Assembly (NCBI GenBank): GCA_963693365.1
Contig: CAVNZM010000013.1
Location: 2,195,817-2,259,816, forward strand
Length of the DNA: 64,000 bases
Source: Amoebidium appalachense
Taxonomy: Eukaryota > Protista > Ichthyosporea
Direction: 5' to 3'
This document shows, piece after piece, positions 11,620 through 22,111 of this stretch. The notes under the pieces were generated by a model that was given only the letters and a program-made list of their open reading frames with translations, was not told where the DNA came from and did no database searches. The translations under genes and the position numbers were made by a program. Within the stretch, counting starts at the first letter, position 1. Each line of letters opens with the position of its first letter.

Positions 11620-13120
11620 TGCAATGCTCACAAACCAGACTAGAGCACGAAAACTTGAAAACGAAGACTGGAAAATGCAAAAACGTGGGAAAACCGACAC
11701 CGCAAAAAACGTCCGAAAACCAGCTAAAACGCAACGGCGCGCACGCAAAACTCTTACCAGATGCTGCCGAAGCTAAGCGCGCGCTCGTGGGCAAAAAAAA
11801 CTAGAGAAAAAACGAACAAGAGCGCGAAAAATGGGGACTAGAGTTGCAAAAACTTAGCTAAAAAAATGGGCCTAAAGAGACCTAAACGTGCTCAGTAGCG
11901 CCGCAACTGACCTCCCTGGGGCCGCGCGAGCTCATTATAGAGCGCGGCCCACATTTTTGCCTATGGAAATATGAAGAAATGATTTAGAACCTATCAAATC
12001 CATGAAATCTACCAAAATGGAATTTTTTGCTGCACATCAACCAATGAAAATTTTTCACAAGTGGCTAAAACCCCTAGATCATAAAGACCAAATCGATTGC
12101 CGCCCATTTCGGAGTAGATATAACTCAAACTCATCAATATATCCATATGGCATATCCCACAGAACATAAAAACAGCTACAGCTCCCTAAATAAATATGCT
12201 AGCAGCCTGAAACTTTGCACACACATCAAACACACCATGGCCTACAGCAGTATACTACCACGAAGTTTACAGCACACTCGCAACACACAATTTCACTCCA
12301 ACGGGGCTATCTAATTCTCCTGCAAAGAAAACACGTTTACAAACTTAATATTTGGCGTTTGGATTACTGGTATTGCGCCTGAACGTGTCTAGGAGCCTGT
12401 TTTCAATATCGTCTGCTTTGAATGTTATGTCTACTTGCTTGGGGTCAAAAATACGCCATTACCCTGAGAGAGCGGTATCCTCTGTAGCCTTGCTGTCTTC
12501 TGTATCACTCTGTGTGCTATCGTCGGAAAAAATATCGTCAAAGAAATCCGAGTCAAATCCCCCTGCTTCGAACCCCACACCACTGCCATCACCAAGTTCC
12601 ATTCTTTGTGTGCATTGTAAGAGACACCAACTACTGGTATATATCAAGGAGAAGTTACATTATAACGGTGCAATTCGATCACGGGTATGGGAAGATGATC
12701 TACGTGCAGCTCTTTCAAGGGGCCACGGTGCGTTGCTTTGTTTACAAGAGCCAAAAAAGGCTACGTCTAAACACCATATATGGTTTTCCTTTGTGTAACA
12801 ACCAATGGTTTTCAGTCTTCAAGGGGTGTAAAGTAAAGCTCAATAGATGAAACGCTGTTCAGAAGCTCATTATGAGGTAACATATTGCAAGGCAGCACAC
12901 TTACATCAATCAGTCGATTGCAATCATTGATCATCCTATGGGTTGTCGATATCCAACTTTGTGTGCCAGCACGCCCTCGCTGCGCCGCAAAGTCCATATA
13001 CAACCCATACCCAGCCGCGGGGCTTTGAAAACTATATATGTTTACTTCGCTCTTGCAAAGTTTCGACCCCACCGGGTCATTTATACGGGAAAAAACTCTG
13101 TTCTTTGAAGGTGGTTTAAG

Positions 13121-14091
13121 AACGTCTGGCCCCTTCCTACCTCAAGAGCACCTTGGCTGACCAGGCCTCGGTCACTGCGGCTGTCCACGCGGCGGATTGG
13201 GTCAGCTACCGCAACAAACGGGAGGCTCTGACGCTTGCCCGTATGCTGGATCTGCTGCTGGCCGCCGACCCCAAGGCCCGCAAGGAGTCACCTGCTGTGG
13301 AAGTTGGTGTGCGCCGTCTGCTGGCTGTGCAGACTGCTGATCAGTCCAACGGGGACTGGGCTGTTGCAGAGCAGTTTGAGGAGCTCCCTGCGCGCAGCCT
13401 GCCCCTGCCCCCTGCCTCGACATGCCACCCGGTACAGGCGGCATCCGCCTGGCCGACACCAAGACCGGTCCAAATCAGTTTGTCCCCATCACCGATCCGT
13501 CCCTGTTGGCCATCTTGTCTTTCTGGTTCCGTGGCGCCCCCCCTTCTGCGCGGCTGTTTCCTTTCTCGTATGATGTTCTGCGTGCCAAGTTCCAAGCGGC
13601 ATGTGACTCCCTCGGCCTCAACGAGTATGGGTTCCATCTTCACAGTCTTCGCCATGGTGGTGCCTCGAGAGACTATGTCAGGGGTGTTTCAGTAGAGACG
13701 ATTGCTCTGCGTGGTCGATGGAGATCGCATGCCTCCCTCCGCCGGTATGTGCAGGCCGGCCAGTCTCTTGTTCTTTCCCTATTCCATAGGCAAAAATGTG
13801 GGCCGCGCTCTATAATGAGCTCGCGCGGCCCCAGGGAGGTCAGTTGCGGCGCTACTGAGCGCGTTTAGGTCTCTTTAGGCCCAATTTTTTAGCTAAGTTT
13901 TTGCCCACCCACCACACCCTTTGCCTATTTAGGCACTAGGCTACGTTTTTTGAGCATGTTTCTGTATGACATTTGTCATTCTTTTCATTGCTCCTGTGGA
14001 GCACACCTGTGCCTGCTTGTGAGATTGATCCACAGGCACCGGCTCATGTATCCCCTTGCTGGGGCTGGTAAAGACGACGTTGGCATAAGAA
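13121..14091 (+). mobile_element. Family A deletion derivative (gag piece-YR piece-partial A2-spacer-B2) abutting and truncating the YR gene of the next copy
   Basis: Chimeric ORFs 13153..13695 and 13422..13868. B2 end cataag-AA joins aataagatcc inside the YR gene. Confidence 0.88.
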
Positions 14092-14524
14092 AATAAGATC
14101 CGCACGTTTGAGCATAAGCAGCTCACTGACACGAAAATAACACTCAAATCCAAGCAAAACAGCAATACCAAACAAGGGGCCAATTTTGGAATACAAATGA
14201 TGGCCAATGACGAGGACCAATGAAAACGGAAGCGGGGGCGTGGTCTTTGCTGGAACAAGTCGGTTCCAGCCCTGCAGGCTCCGTTGGGCGGCCTGCAGGT
14301 GTGGACCCAGGCGTGGCATGAAATGCTTGATGCCGGCAGCTGTGTTGACACAGCGCTGACGCTGGCCACGCGATGGATCAATGGCATAACACTCCTCAAA
14401 ATACTCCACCAGGAGGTCGTCCAGTTCGGCGGGGGACTTGGTGTCGGTACCAGGGGGTAACCAATCCAGGAACTCAACAACAGCATCCCGGTAGGCCTTG
14501 AGGGTTGGGGGCTTTATGGCCTGG

Positions 14525-16579
14525 TCAGCCAGAAAACCGCGAGGGACCATCTGCAGGATTGTGGGCTGACGGCAGCCACACACAATACAAACGAATGTCG
14601 AGGGCAAGCGTGTAGGCAGCCACCTGGCGGCATACACGGTTCAGGCGTCGGGATGCTGAACGACCCTTAGCAACAGCCCCAAGCAGCGCCGTCGAATCAA
14701 GGCCCCAAAGGTAGCGGGAGCCCCGGGCAGCCGTAGACCGACCTAATCGACGAAGCCCCAGGAGCAAGGCTTCTCCCTCCAGAATGTTGATGTGGTCGGA
14801 GTGGCGCCAACGATGACTGATGTTGGTGGTCCACCGGCCACCAACAGCTGCCAGGATAGGTGCCGGGGGGGCGGACGGGCTTGGCTCGTGCACAGGACCA
14901 GACAGCTGGCTGTAGTGGCCACGCCGGTTGCAGTGAGGCAGCACTTCGCGGAGAAGCGTTGCTGGAAGCACCCGGGACACCACTGCACCACCCAACAAGG
15001 AAGCATCAGTGCAGAACATGGTGCTAGCAAACCCAGAACGCAAATCACAACGCATCAAAGGGGCCAAAGCACACATCGCCTGAAGCTCCCACACCACGGG
15101 CGGGGGAAGGGGCTGTTCCCGACCCCCCAGCTGCTCCACAAAACTGTAGACGGCACTCAGAACCGACAAAAGCGGCCGCTGCAGCAGTGCCGCCCACACC
15201 CAACCACCAAGCAACTGCTGCAAACGGAGCTGCGTGACGACGCCACGACGCAACACGGCCTGGGTTTCCGCCACCAGACGGCACAAGGAAGCGCCAGACG
15301 GGCGCAATATCCCAGAGCGATGCATTTCCAGGCCTAGCAGCACCATAGAGGACGAGGAACCAGCAGCCACATCCTTCTTGACATTGGAGGGAAGACCAGC
15401 CGGGCCGGTGACGCCATGATACGATTCACGCTGACGATTGATGGCGGTGGCATCTGTGCCGACCCAGCCACAGTCGTCCACATACAGGGCATGCTGCGTG
15501 GCCTCCACAGGCCGCGGCACTATCGCACAGAGGCGCTCAATGCGGGGCATGCCGGCTCGGTCAGCCAACTGCCCATGGACGTCTTGAGCCACAAGCACAG
15601 AATGCACCCAGCCCATGGGCACGGTCTTGAGGGCCGGGTACACAAGCCGGTCGGGCCCAGAAATGCCAACAGCCTCCGAAGACACAGGCGGCAATCCGAA
15701 GTACCGCCACAGCCACTCGGGGGCAAGAAGACGATGGAACTGGTTGTCCATGTCCGACTTGCCAAAATAGAGGCAATCCTCAGGCCCCAGCAACAGATCG
15801 GCAAAATCGGCAGGGTTGGGCAGGTGCACCTGGAGGGCAGGATGATCACGGGCAAAGAACAGGTTGCCACGGCGGCCGTCAAAAATGACGCGGGCTCTGG
15901 TGTCTTTGGGGACCCCAAACAGCCCATTGATGGCCAGTGGTTTTTCCTTCGCCTCGAAATAGTGCACCATGCCGCAGTCTTGAAGCCGAAGAAGCAGGGG
16001 ACCGTATTCCCCACTGGGAACGTGATGCGCCGGTCGGATGCGGCGCAGCTCTGCAGGCGTCGGCGGAACAGGCTTGAGAAGGCCGCCGTCGCAGTTGGCC
16101 AAAAACGGCTGCAGCGTAGGAGACAAAAACTGCAACACGTCCACTGTGGCTCCAACCCCAGGGGGTGGCAAAGCGGCATTTGCCGCCGTGAGAGGTAGCC
16201 ATCCTGTCAATACAGGGTAGGCCACGGGGAACGCAGCCAAGACACTACTCGCAGGCTGAGTGTCGTAGACACCCGCGCGTATAGCATCGTAGCTGGCCCT
16301 AAGGACAAAGGTCCACAGGGCATGGTGGTGACTGTTCACCAACCGGGTCGGGAATGGGCAAGGGCCGCCTGCCCACAGCTCGTTGAGGGCACCAAGACAA
16401 CGGTTAGCCAAGGTAACCCCCTTCAGGCGGTGAGACAGACGTTGCCGACGGCGTTGACTCCGTAGACGGGCTTGTCCAGAACGGTCCGGCACAGGAATGG
16501 CCGGAACAGGGAACAAATCAGAGGCGGCAAAGACATGACGTGGCATAGCTGTGGAATCCTCAGAAAAATTAGGGGGCAT
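14525..16579 (-). CDS. Reverse transcriptase-RNase H (pol), intact, 684 aa
   Basis: Only a few substitutions relative to 8433..10487. Same catalytic motifs. Confidence 0.95.
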   Translation of the reverse strand: MPPNFSEDSTAMPRHVFAASDLFPVPAIPVPDRSGQARLRSQRRRQRLSHRLKGVTLANRCLGALNELWAGGPCPFPTRLVNSHHHALWTFVLRASYDAIRAGVYDTQPASSVLAAFPVAYPVLTGWLPLTAANAALPPPGVGATVDVLQFLSPTLQPFLANCDGGLLKPVPPTPAELRRIRPAHHVPSGEYGPLLLRLQDCGMVHYFEAKEKPLAINGLFGVPKDTRARVIFDGRRGNLFFARDHPALQVHLPNPADFADLLLGPEDCLYFGKSDMDNQFHRLLAPEWLWRYFGLPPVSSEAVGISGPDRLVYPALKTVPMGWVHSVLVAQDVHGQLADRAGMPRIERLCAIVPRPVEATQHALYVDDCGWVGTDATAINRQRESYHGVTGPAGLPSNVKKDVAAGSSSSMVLLGLEMHRSGILRPSGASLCRLVAETQAVLRRGVVTQLRLQQLLGGWVWAALLQRPLLSVLSAVYSFVEQLGGREQPLPPPVVWELQAMCALAPLMRCDLRSGFASTMFCTDASLLGGAVVSRVLPATLLREVLPHCNRRGHYSQLSGPVHEPSPSAPPAPILAAVGGRWTTNISHRWRHSDHINILEGEALLLGLRRLGRSTAARGSRYLWGLDSTALLGAVAKGRSASRRLNRVCRQVAAYTLALDIRLYCVWLPSAHNPADGPSRFSG

Positions 16580-16656
16580 ATTTAATCAAGGGCACGTGGC
16601 AGGAAGCCACAAGAAAATAATATACAGAACCGCGTGCCGAACCCCCAAAGGGCCGT

Positions 16657-17712
16657 TTAGGCCCTGTGCCCACCGGTCCCCGGAGGGGTCGATGGACCGG
16701 CTCCGGATGGGCCACTGCCGGGACCGCGCCGAGCCCGGGTGACTTCGGCGAGGGTCTTGGCTTGACGAACAGCCCGGGTGGCCAAGGCAGGGGGCAGGGG
16801 CAGGCTGCGCGCAGGGAGCTCCTCAAACTGCTCTGCAACAGCCCAGTCCCCGTTGGACTGATCAGCAGTCTGCACAGCCAGCAGACGGCGCACACCAACT
16901 TCCACAGCAGGTGACTCCTTGCGGGCCTTGGGGTCGGCGGCCAGCAGCAGATCCAGCATACGGGCAAGCGTCAGAGCCTCCCGTTTGTTGCGGTAGCTGA
17001 CCCAATCCGCCGCGTGGACAGCCGCAGTGACCGAGGCCTGGTCAGCCAAGGTGCTCTTGAGGTAGGAAGGGGCCAGACGTTCCTTGACGCGCAGGTTGAC
17101 TTTGGCACCGCTGGAGAGCAGATAACGGCTGGGGGTGGGTTTGGAACGGCCAGAGGAACGACGGCGGCGAGAGGAACGACCGTAGCCACTGCTGCTGGAA
17201 TCAGAATCCTCACTCGACGATGGGGTGTCTTCACTGCCGGTGTCGTACGCATAGACAGGCTCCTTGCCCTTTGCCCGCGCAGACAGCGTGCTCAGCAGGC
17301 CGCCGGCAGAGGGCTTCTTGGGGCGACCAGACTGGGCAACAGAGAGGGCTTGCACTTGGGCAGAAAGCGCCTGCAGCTGCTCTTGGACGTCTACACCGTC
17401 AGAACGCCGCTGGGGAGAGGGCGACCCAGGTGGGGGGGAGGCACGGCCGCTGCGAGGAGTGCGACAGAGCAAGTGCAGCTGGTCGGTGACTTTCCAACCG
17501 ACCATCTCAGGGTCATCAAAAGCCACCGAGCGCGCCTTGAGGGCTGAAACCACACTGTTGACGGTTTCTGCCGGCAGGCTGTTCCAGGGGAGGGCGTTGG
17601 ACTGCAAAACGGCCAGACTTTTGAGACTTGCGTCGTCCGCATCGGTAGAGATCTCCAAAAGCTTTTCGAGGAGAGCGGCCCCCTTGGCGACCAGAGCAGA
17701 TGGAGGGGCCAT
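16657..17712 (-). CDS. gag-like ORF1, intact (~351 aa from MAPPSAL)
   Basis: First ORF of the element. Coiled-coil-like QEQLQALSAQVQAL and a Ser/Arg-rich linker. Called gag by position only. Confidence 0.8.
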   Translation of the reverse strand: MAPPSALVAKGAALLEKLLEISTDADDASLKSLAVLQSNALPWNSLPAETVNSVVSALKARSVAFDDPEMVGWKVTDQLHLLCRTPRSGRASPPPGSPSPQRRSDGVDVQEQLQALSAQVQALSVAQSGRPKKPSAGGLLSTLSARAKGKEPVYAYDTGSEDTPSSSEDSDSSSSGYGRSSRRRRSSGRSKPTPSRYLLSSGAKVNLRVKERLAPSYLKSTLADQASVTAAVHAADWVSYRNKREALTLARMLDLLLAADPKARKESPAVEVGVRRLLAVQTADQSNGDWAVAEQFEELPARSLPLPPALATRAVRQAKTLAEVTRARRGPGSGPSGAGPSTPPGTGGHRA

Positions 17713-18445
17713 TGCAATGCTCACAAACCAGACTAGAGCACGAAAACTTGAAAACGAAGACTGGAAAATGCAAAAAACGCGGGAAAACCGACACCGCAAA
17801 AAACGTCCGAAAACCAGCTAAAACGCAACGGCGCGCACGCAAAACTCTTACCAGATGCTGCCGAAGCTAAGCGCGCTCCTGGGCAATAAAAACTAGAGAA
17901 AAAACGAACAACAGCGCGAAAAACGGGGACTAGAGTTGCGAAAACTTAGCTAAAAAATTGGGCCTAAGAGAGACCTAAACGCGCTCAGTAGCGCCGCAAC
18001 TGACCTCCCTGGGGCCGCGCAAGCTCATTATAGAGCGCGGCCCACATTTTTGCCTATGGAAATATGAAGAAATGACTTAGAACCTATCAAATCCATGAAA
18101 TCTACCAAAATGGAATTTTTGCTGCACATCAACCAATGAAAAATTTTCACAAGTGGCTAAAACCCCTTAGATCATAAAGACCAAATCGATTGCCGCCCAT
18201 TTCGGACTAGATATAACTCAAACTCATCAATATATCCATATGGCATATCCCACAGAACATAAAAACAGCTACAGCTCACTAAATAAAAATGTTAGCAGCC
18301 TGAAACTTTGCACACACATCAAACACACCATGGCCCACAATATTATACTACCACGAAGTTTACAGCACATTCGCAACACACAATTTCACTCCAACGGGGC
18401 TATCTAATTCTCCTGCAAAGAAAACACGTTTACAAACTTAATATT

Positions 18446-19768
18446 CCACCGTCTGCGCGCGCCATGATGGCTTTGGAAATATTTTGGTCTCCCTCCGGTA
18501 CTATCCACCGCCATCGGCCTGCCTGGCCCTCCCCGGCTTGTGTACTATGCCCTTAAAGCCTTTCCCATGGGCTGGGTGCACTCTGTTCTTGTCGCGCAAG
18601 TTGTCCACAATGAGCTAGCGGATGCCGCTGGCATGCCCCGTTTTGAACGCCTTTGCGCTGTTGTTCCCCGAGAAATTGGTTCCTCTCTGCATGTGTTGTA
18701 TGTGGATGATTGTGGGTTGGTACTGAACCCCGTGCCCTCCGGGAGCACCAGCGAGATTATCATCGCGTCACCGGTCCGGCGGGTTTGCCTGCCAACCCCA
18801 CCAAAGATGTTGTTGCCGGTTCCTCCAAGGCCATGGGCCTGTTGTGTTTAGAGATGCAACGCTCTGGGTTGGTGCGCCCGGGGCCGGCTTCTCTGGCCCG
18901 CCTTTTGGTGGAGACTCGTGCTGTGCTCCGTCGTGGCACTGTCAGCAAGCTGCAACTGCAGCAGCTACTTGGCGGGTGGGTGTGGGTTTTGCTGTTGCAG
19001 CGGTCCGCCCACTCCGTTCTTGATGCCGCCTACCAGCTGAGTGCCCGTCTTGGCCCCAAGGAGCTCCGCTCCGCCCCCCCTTCCGCCTGCGGTCGCTTGG
19101 GAGCTCGACACTCTATATCTCACAAGCAGGCACAGGTTTGCCTGTGAGATTGATCCACAGGCACCGGCTCATGTATCCCCTTGCTGGGGCTGGTAAAGAC
19201 GACATTGGCATTAGAATATGCCTTCGTCCCTCTCCTGCGCTGCGACCTGCACTCAGCCTTTGCAACCACCATGTTCTGCTCGGACGCCTCCAAGGTGGGT
19301 GGTGGCGTGGTTTCCCGTGTGTTGCCCTCTGGTCTTCTCCAGGATGTCCTGCCCTTCTGCCACCGTCGTGGCCACTACACCACCCTGGCTTCCACACCAG
19401 ACACCCAGCCCTGTCTCCATGTCCCCCCTGCCTCTGTTTTGGCTGCCCTTAATGCGGGCCGTTGGAACACCACCATCAGCCACCGTTGGCACTACAACGA
19501 CCACATCAACATTCTGGAAGGAGAGAGTCTGCTGCTTGACTTGCGCCGCTTGAGCCGTCCCTGCTCAGCCCGCAGCCGCAGCTACGTGTGGGGCCTGGGC
19601 TCTGCTGCCCTCCTGGGTGCTGTAGCCAAGGGCCGCTCGGCCTCCCATCGCCTGAATCGTGTCTGCCGCCAAGCGGCTGCTTATTCGCTGGCCCTTGATA
19701 TCCGTCTCTATTGGCTCTGGCTTCCTTCGGCGAACAACCCTGCCGATGGTCCGTCCCGCGTATTTTGA
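18446..19768 (+). pseudogene. Family B RT-RNaseH pseudogene fragment
   Basis: PMGW, YVDD, SDAS, HINILE, NPADGPSRVF in broken frames. Matches 27816-29209. Confidence 0.88.
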
Positions 19769-20296
19769 TATTTAGTTTGTGTTTGTGCTTTCTTTGCAGG
19801 AGAATTAGATAGCCCCGTTGGAATGAAATTGTGTGTTGCGAGTGTGCTGTAAAATTCGTAGTAGTAGCATGTTGTAGGCCTTGGTGTGTTTGATGTGTGT
19901 GCAAAGTTTCAGGATTCTAGCATTTTTATTTAGGGAGCTGTAGCTGTTTTTATGTTCTGTGGGATATGCCATATGGATATATTGATGAGTTTGAGTTCTA
20001 TCTAGTCCGAAATGGGCGGCAATTGATTTGGTCTTTGTGATCTAGGGGTTTTAGCCACTTGTGAAATATTTTCATTGGTTGATGTGCAGCAAAAATTCCA
20101 TTTTGGTAGATTTCATGGATTTGATAGGTTTTAAGTCGTTTCTTCATATTTCCATAGGCAAAAATGTGGGCCGCGCTATATAATGAGCTTGCGCGGCCCC
20201 AGGGAGGTCAGTTGCGGCGCTACTGAGCGCGTTTAGCGTTTAGGTCTCTTTAGGCCCAATTTTTTGGCCAAGTTTTTGCCCACCCACCACACCCTT

Positions 20297-21708
20297 TGGT
20301 TCGTTTTTAAACGGGTTTTCTTTGAGGAACGGCCGCAGCCACGACGACGAAGTGACATGTGGAATTCGAAATTCCAGCTACTTTGCATTCCGATTGGTTA
20401 GTCTCTAGGTATGGCTTAGCCAATCACTTCTCTGTACGTAAATGTAAGTGCAATGATTGGTCCTGTTTTAGTTTAGCCATATTTGGTCTTTACATTCCCC
20501 TGTAGCCAATCGGATGTTGTGAGCCATATCCTGCGTGTATATAAACCGCTAGCCCGCAGATTCGTAGGCCTCTCAGTCGCTGGCACTGCTCCTGAGCAGA
20601 ATGTGTCCTTAGTCTAGCAAGTTGGCAGGGCCTCCTGAGGCCCGTAAACGGTTGTTTTCTCTAGTTAAGTATTTTGTTTTACACCGTTTATGCTGCCATG
20701 GCGTCGCGACTCTTCACGTGCAGCACTGCCCCTCGACACAGCTGTCCGCCTGGCCCCTTGCTGGCTTAAACTGACTTCTGGCGATGGCCATGTTGGCTTC
20801 ACACCCTTGTTCCGCCACTCTGACGCTCTGCCCCCCCACACGTTTCGGCCCTGGCCTGCCTTTTGGCAACCTATTTTCGTTTTGGGACGTCTCCTTAGCC
20901 GTCCTCGCCCTCGACTCTTCAGTCCCTGGGCGGCTGTTTGGTTCTGTACGCGCGGGTTAACACTCAGCATGCGAGCGTTCCAACCAGTTGTCCGCTCTGC
21001 CTGTTTATTTGCAAACATTTTTGTTACGGCGCCCTTTGCATTGCGCCAGCATGGGAGGTGTGGAGAGCACATGTGTTTGTGTATGCAGCCTAGGCATCTA
21101 CACACGACACAGCAAGTAATCTATCCCCTTGCTGGGGCGAGTAAAGAGTGACGGCACAAGAATGGTTCGTTTTTAAACGGGTTTTCTTTGAGGAACGGCC
21201 GCAGCCACGACGACGAAGTGACATGTGGAATTCGAAATTCCAGCTACTTTGCATTCCGATTGGTTAGTCTCTAGGTATGGCTTAGCCAATCACTTCTCTG
21301 TACGTAAATGTAAGTGCAATGATTGGTCCTGTTTAAGTTTAGCCATATTTGGTCTTTACATTCCCCTGTAGCCAATCGGATGTTGTGAGCCATATCCTGC
21401 GTGTATATAAACCGCTAGCCCGCAGATTCGTAGGCCTCTCAGTCGCTGGCACTGCTCCTGAGCAGAATGTGTCCTTAGTCTAGCAAGTTGGCAGGGCCTC
21501 CTGAGGCCCGTAAACGGTTGTTTTCTCTAGTTAAGTATTTTGTTTTTCCCGCCCACCCTCCCTTGAGTGACTGTGGTGATGGCCTGCCATCTAAAATGTG
21601 TCTCCTTGGAGAGCACATGTGTTTGTGTATGCAGCCTAGGCATCTACACACGACACAGCAAGTAATCTATCCCCTTGCTGGGGCGAGTAAAGAGTGACGG
21701 CACAAGAA
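20297..21708 (+). mobile_element. Family C non-autonomous split-direct-repeat element, copy 1
   Basis: a1 20297-20680, internal 20681-21060, b1 21061-21160, AA, a2 21163-21546, spacer, b2 21607-21706. Confidence 0.9.
20390..20546 (+). promoter_or_regulatory. Putative Pol II promoter in the family C 'a' repeat
   Basis: Four CCAAT/ATTGG boxes (gattggtt, agccaatc, gattggtc, agccaatc) followed by gtatataaa. Present in all 7 'a' copies. Confidence 0.6.
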
Positions 21709-21884
21709 TGCCTATTTAGGCACTAGGCTACGTTTTTTTGAGCATGTTTCTGTATGACATTTGTCATTCTTTTCATTGCTCCTGTGGAGCACACCTGTGC
21801 CTGCTTGTGAGATTGATCCACAGGCACCGGCTCATGTATCCCCTTGCTGGGGCTGGTAAAGATGACGTTGGCATACAAACTTCT

Positions 21885-22103
21885 GATTGAGCAGAAGCCA
21901 CGAAGGCATCAATGCCAACCCCGCTGGCCGTAGATGAAAGAATCCAGAAGATCAAAACCTGAAGGCTGTATAAACAGGCCCTCCCAGTACAAAAGATCAC
22001 TCTAAACGAGCACATTAAAAATAACCCGGCCGCGTGTGCCTTGAAGTACCTGTTCTCTGTCTTCATTTTGATTCAGTTGTCCTTCGCCTAATGCCAACTA
22101 GTT
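21885..22103 (+). repeat. Dispersed repeat family D, copy 1
   Basis: Aligns by eye with 41393-41665 (cacgaaggcatcaatgccaacc, agatcactct, acgagcacattaaaa, tttgattcagttgt, ccaactagt). Confidence 0.75.
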
Positions 22104-22111
22104 TGGTAAAA

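Larger units (their letters stand above)
6727..12352 (-). mobile_element. Full-length split-direct-repeat tyrosine-recombinase retrotransposon (PAT/Ngaro-like architecture), family A
   Basis: On the - strand: A1 (~12350-11845), gag, RT-RNaseH, YR, B1 (7522-7429), A2 (7426-6915), ~90-bp spacer, B2 (6822-6729). TT at both ends. Confidence 0.95.
14092..18445 (-). mobile_element. Family A near-full copy (A1, intact gag and pol, YR truncated)
   Basis: Almost identical to 8000-12352. A1 ends cttaata-TT joined to family B pol. Confidence 0.93.
19769..21875 (+). mobile_element. Family A ORF-less A-spacer-B unit, interrupted by family C copy 1
   Basis: A at 19769-20279. Spacer split at caccctt|tgcctatt. 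B at ~21785-21875. Confidence 0.88.

Noticed and set aside
8651-11804. Many antisense and overlapping ORFs repeated in each element copy
   Set aside because: Shadow ORFs of GC-rich, A-poor coding DNA. Their recurrence just reflects near-identical copies.
20690-21151. 153-aa ORF in family C (also 25909..26370)
   Set aside because: No recognisable domain, it runs into the b repeat, it is broken in copy 2, and the copies are too similar to show selection.
20297-21546. Family C as an LTR/TRIM element (a repeats start with TG)
   Set aside because: No CA end, PBS, PPT or 4-6-bp TSD. The b1-a2-b2 order shows split repeats.
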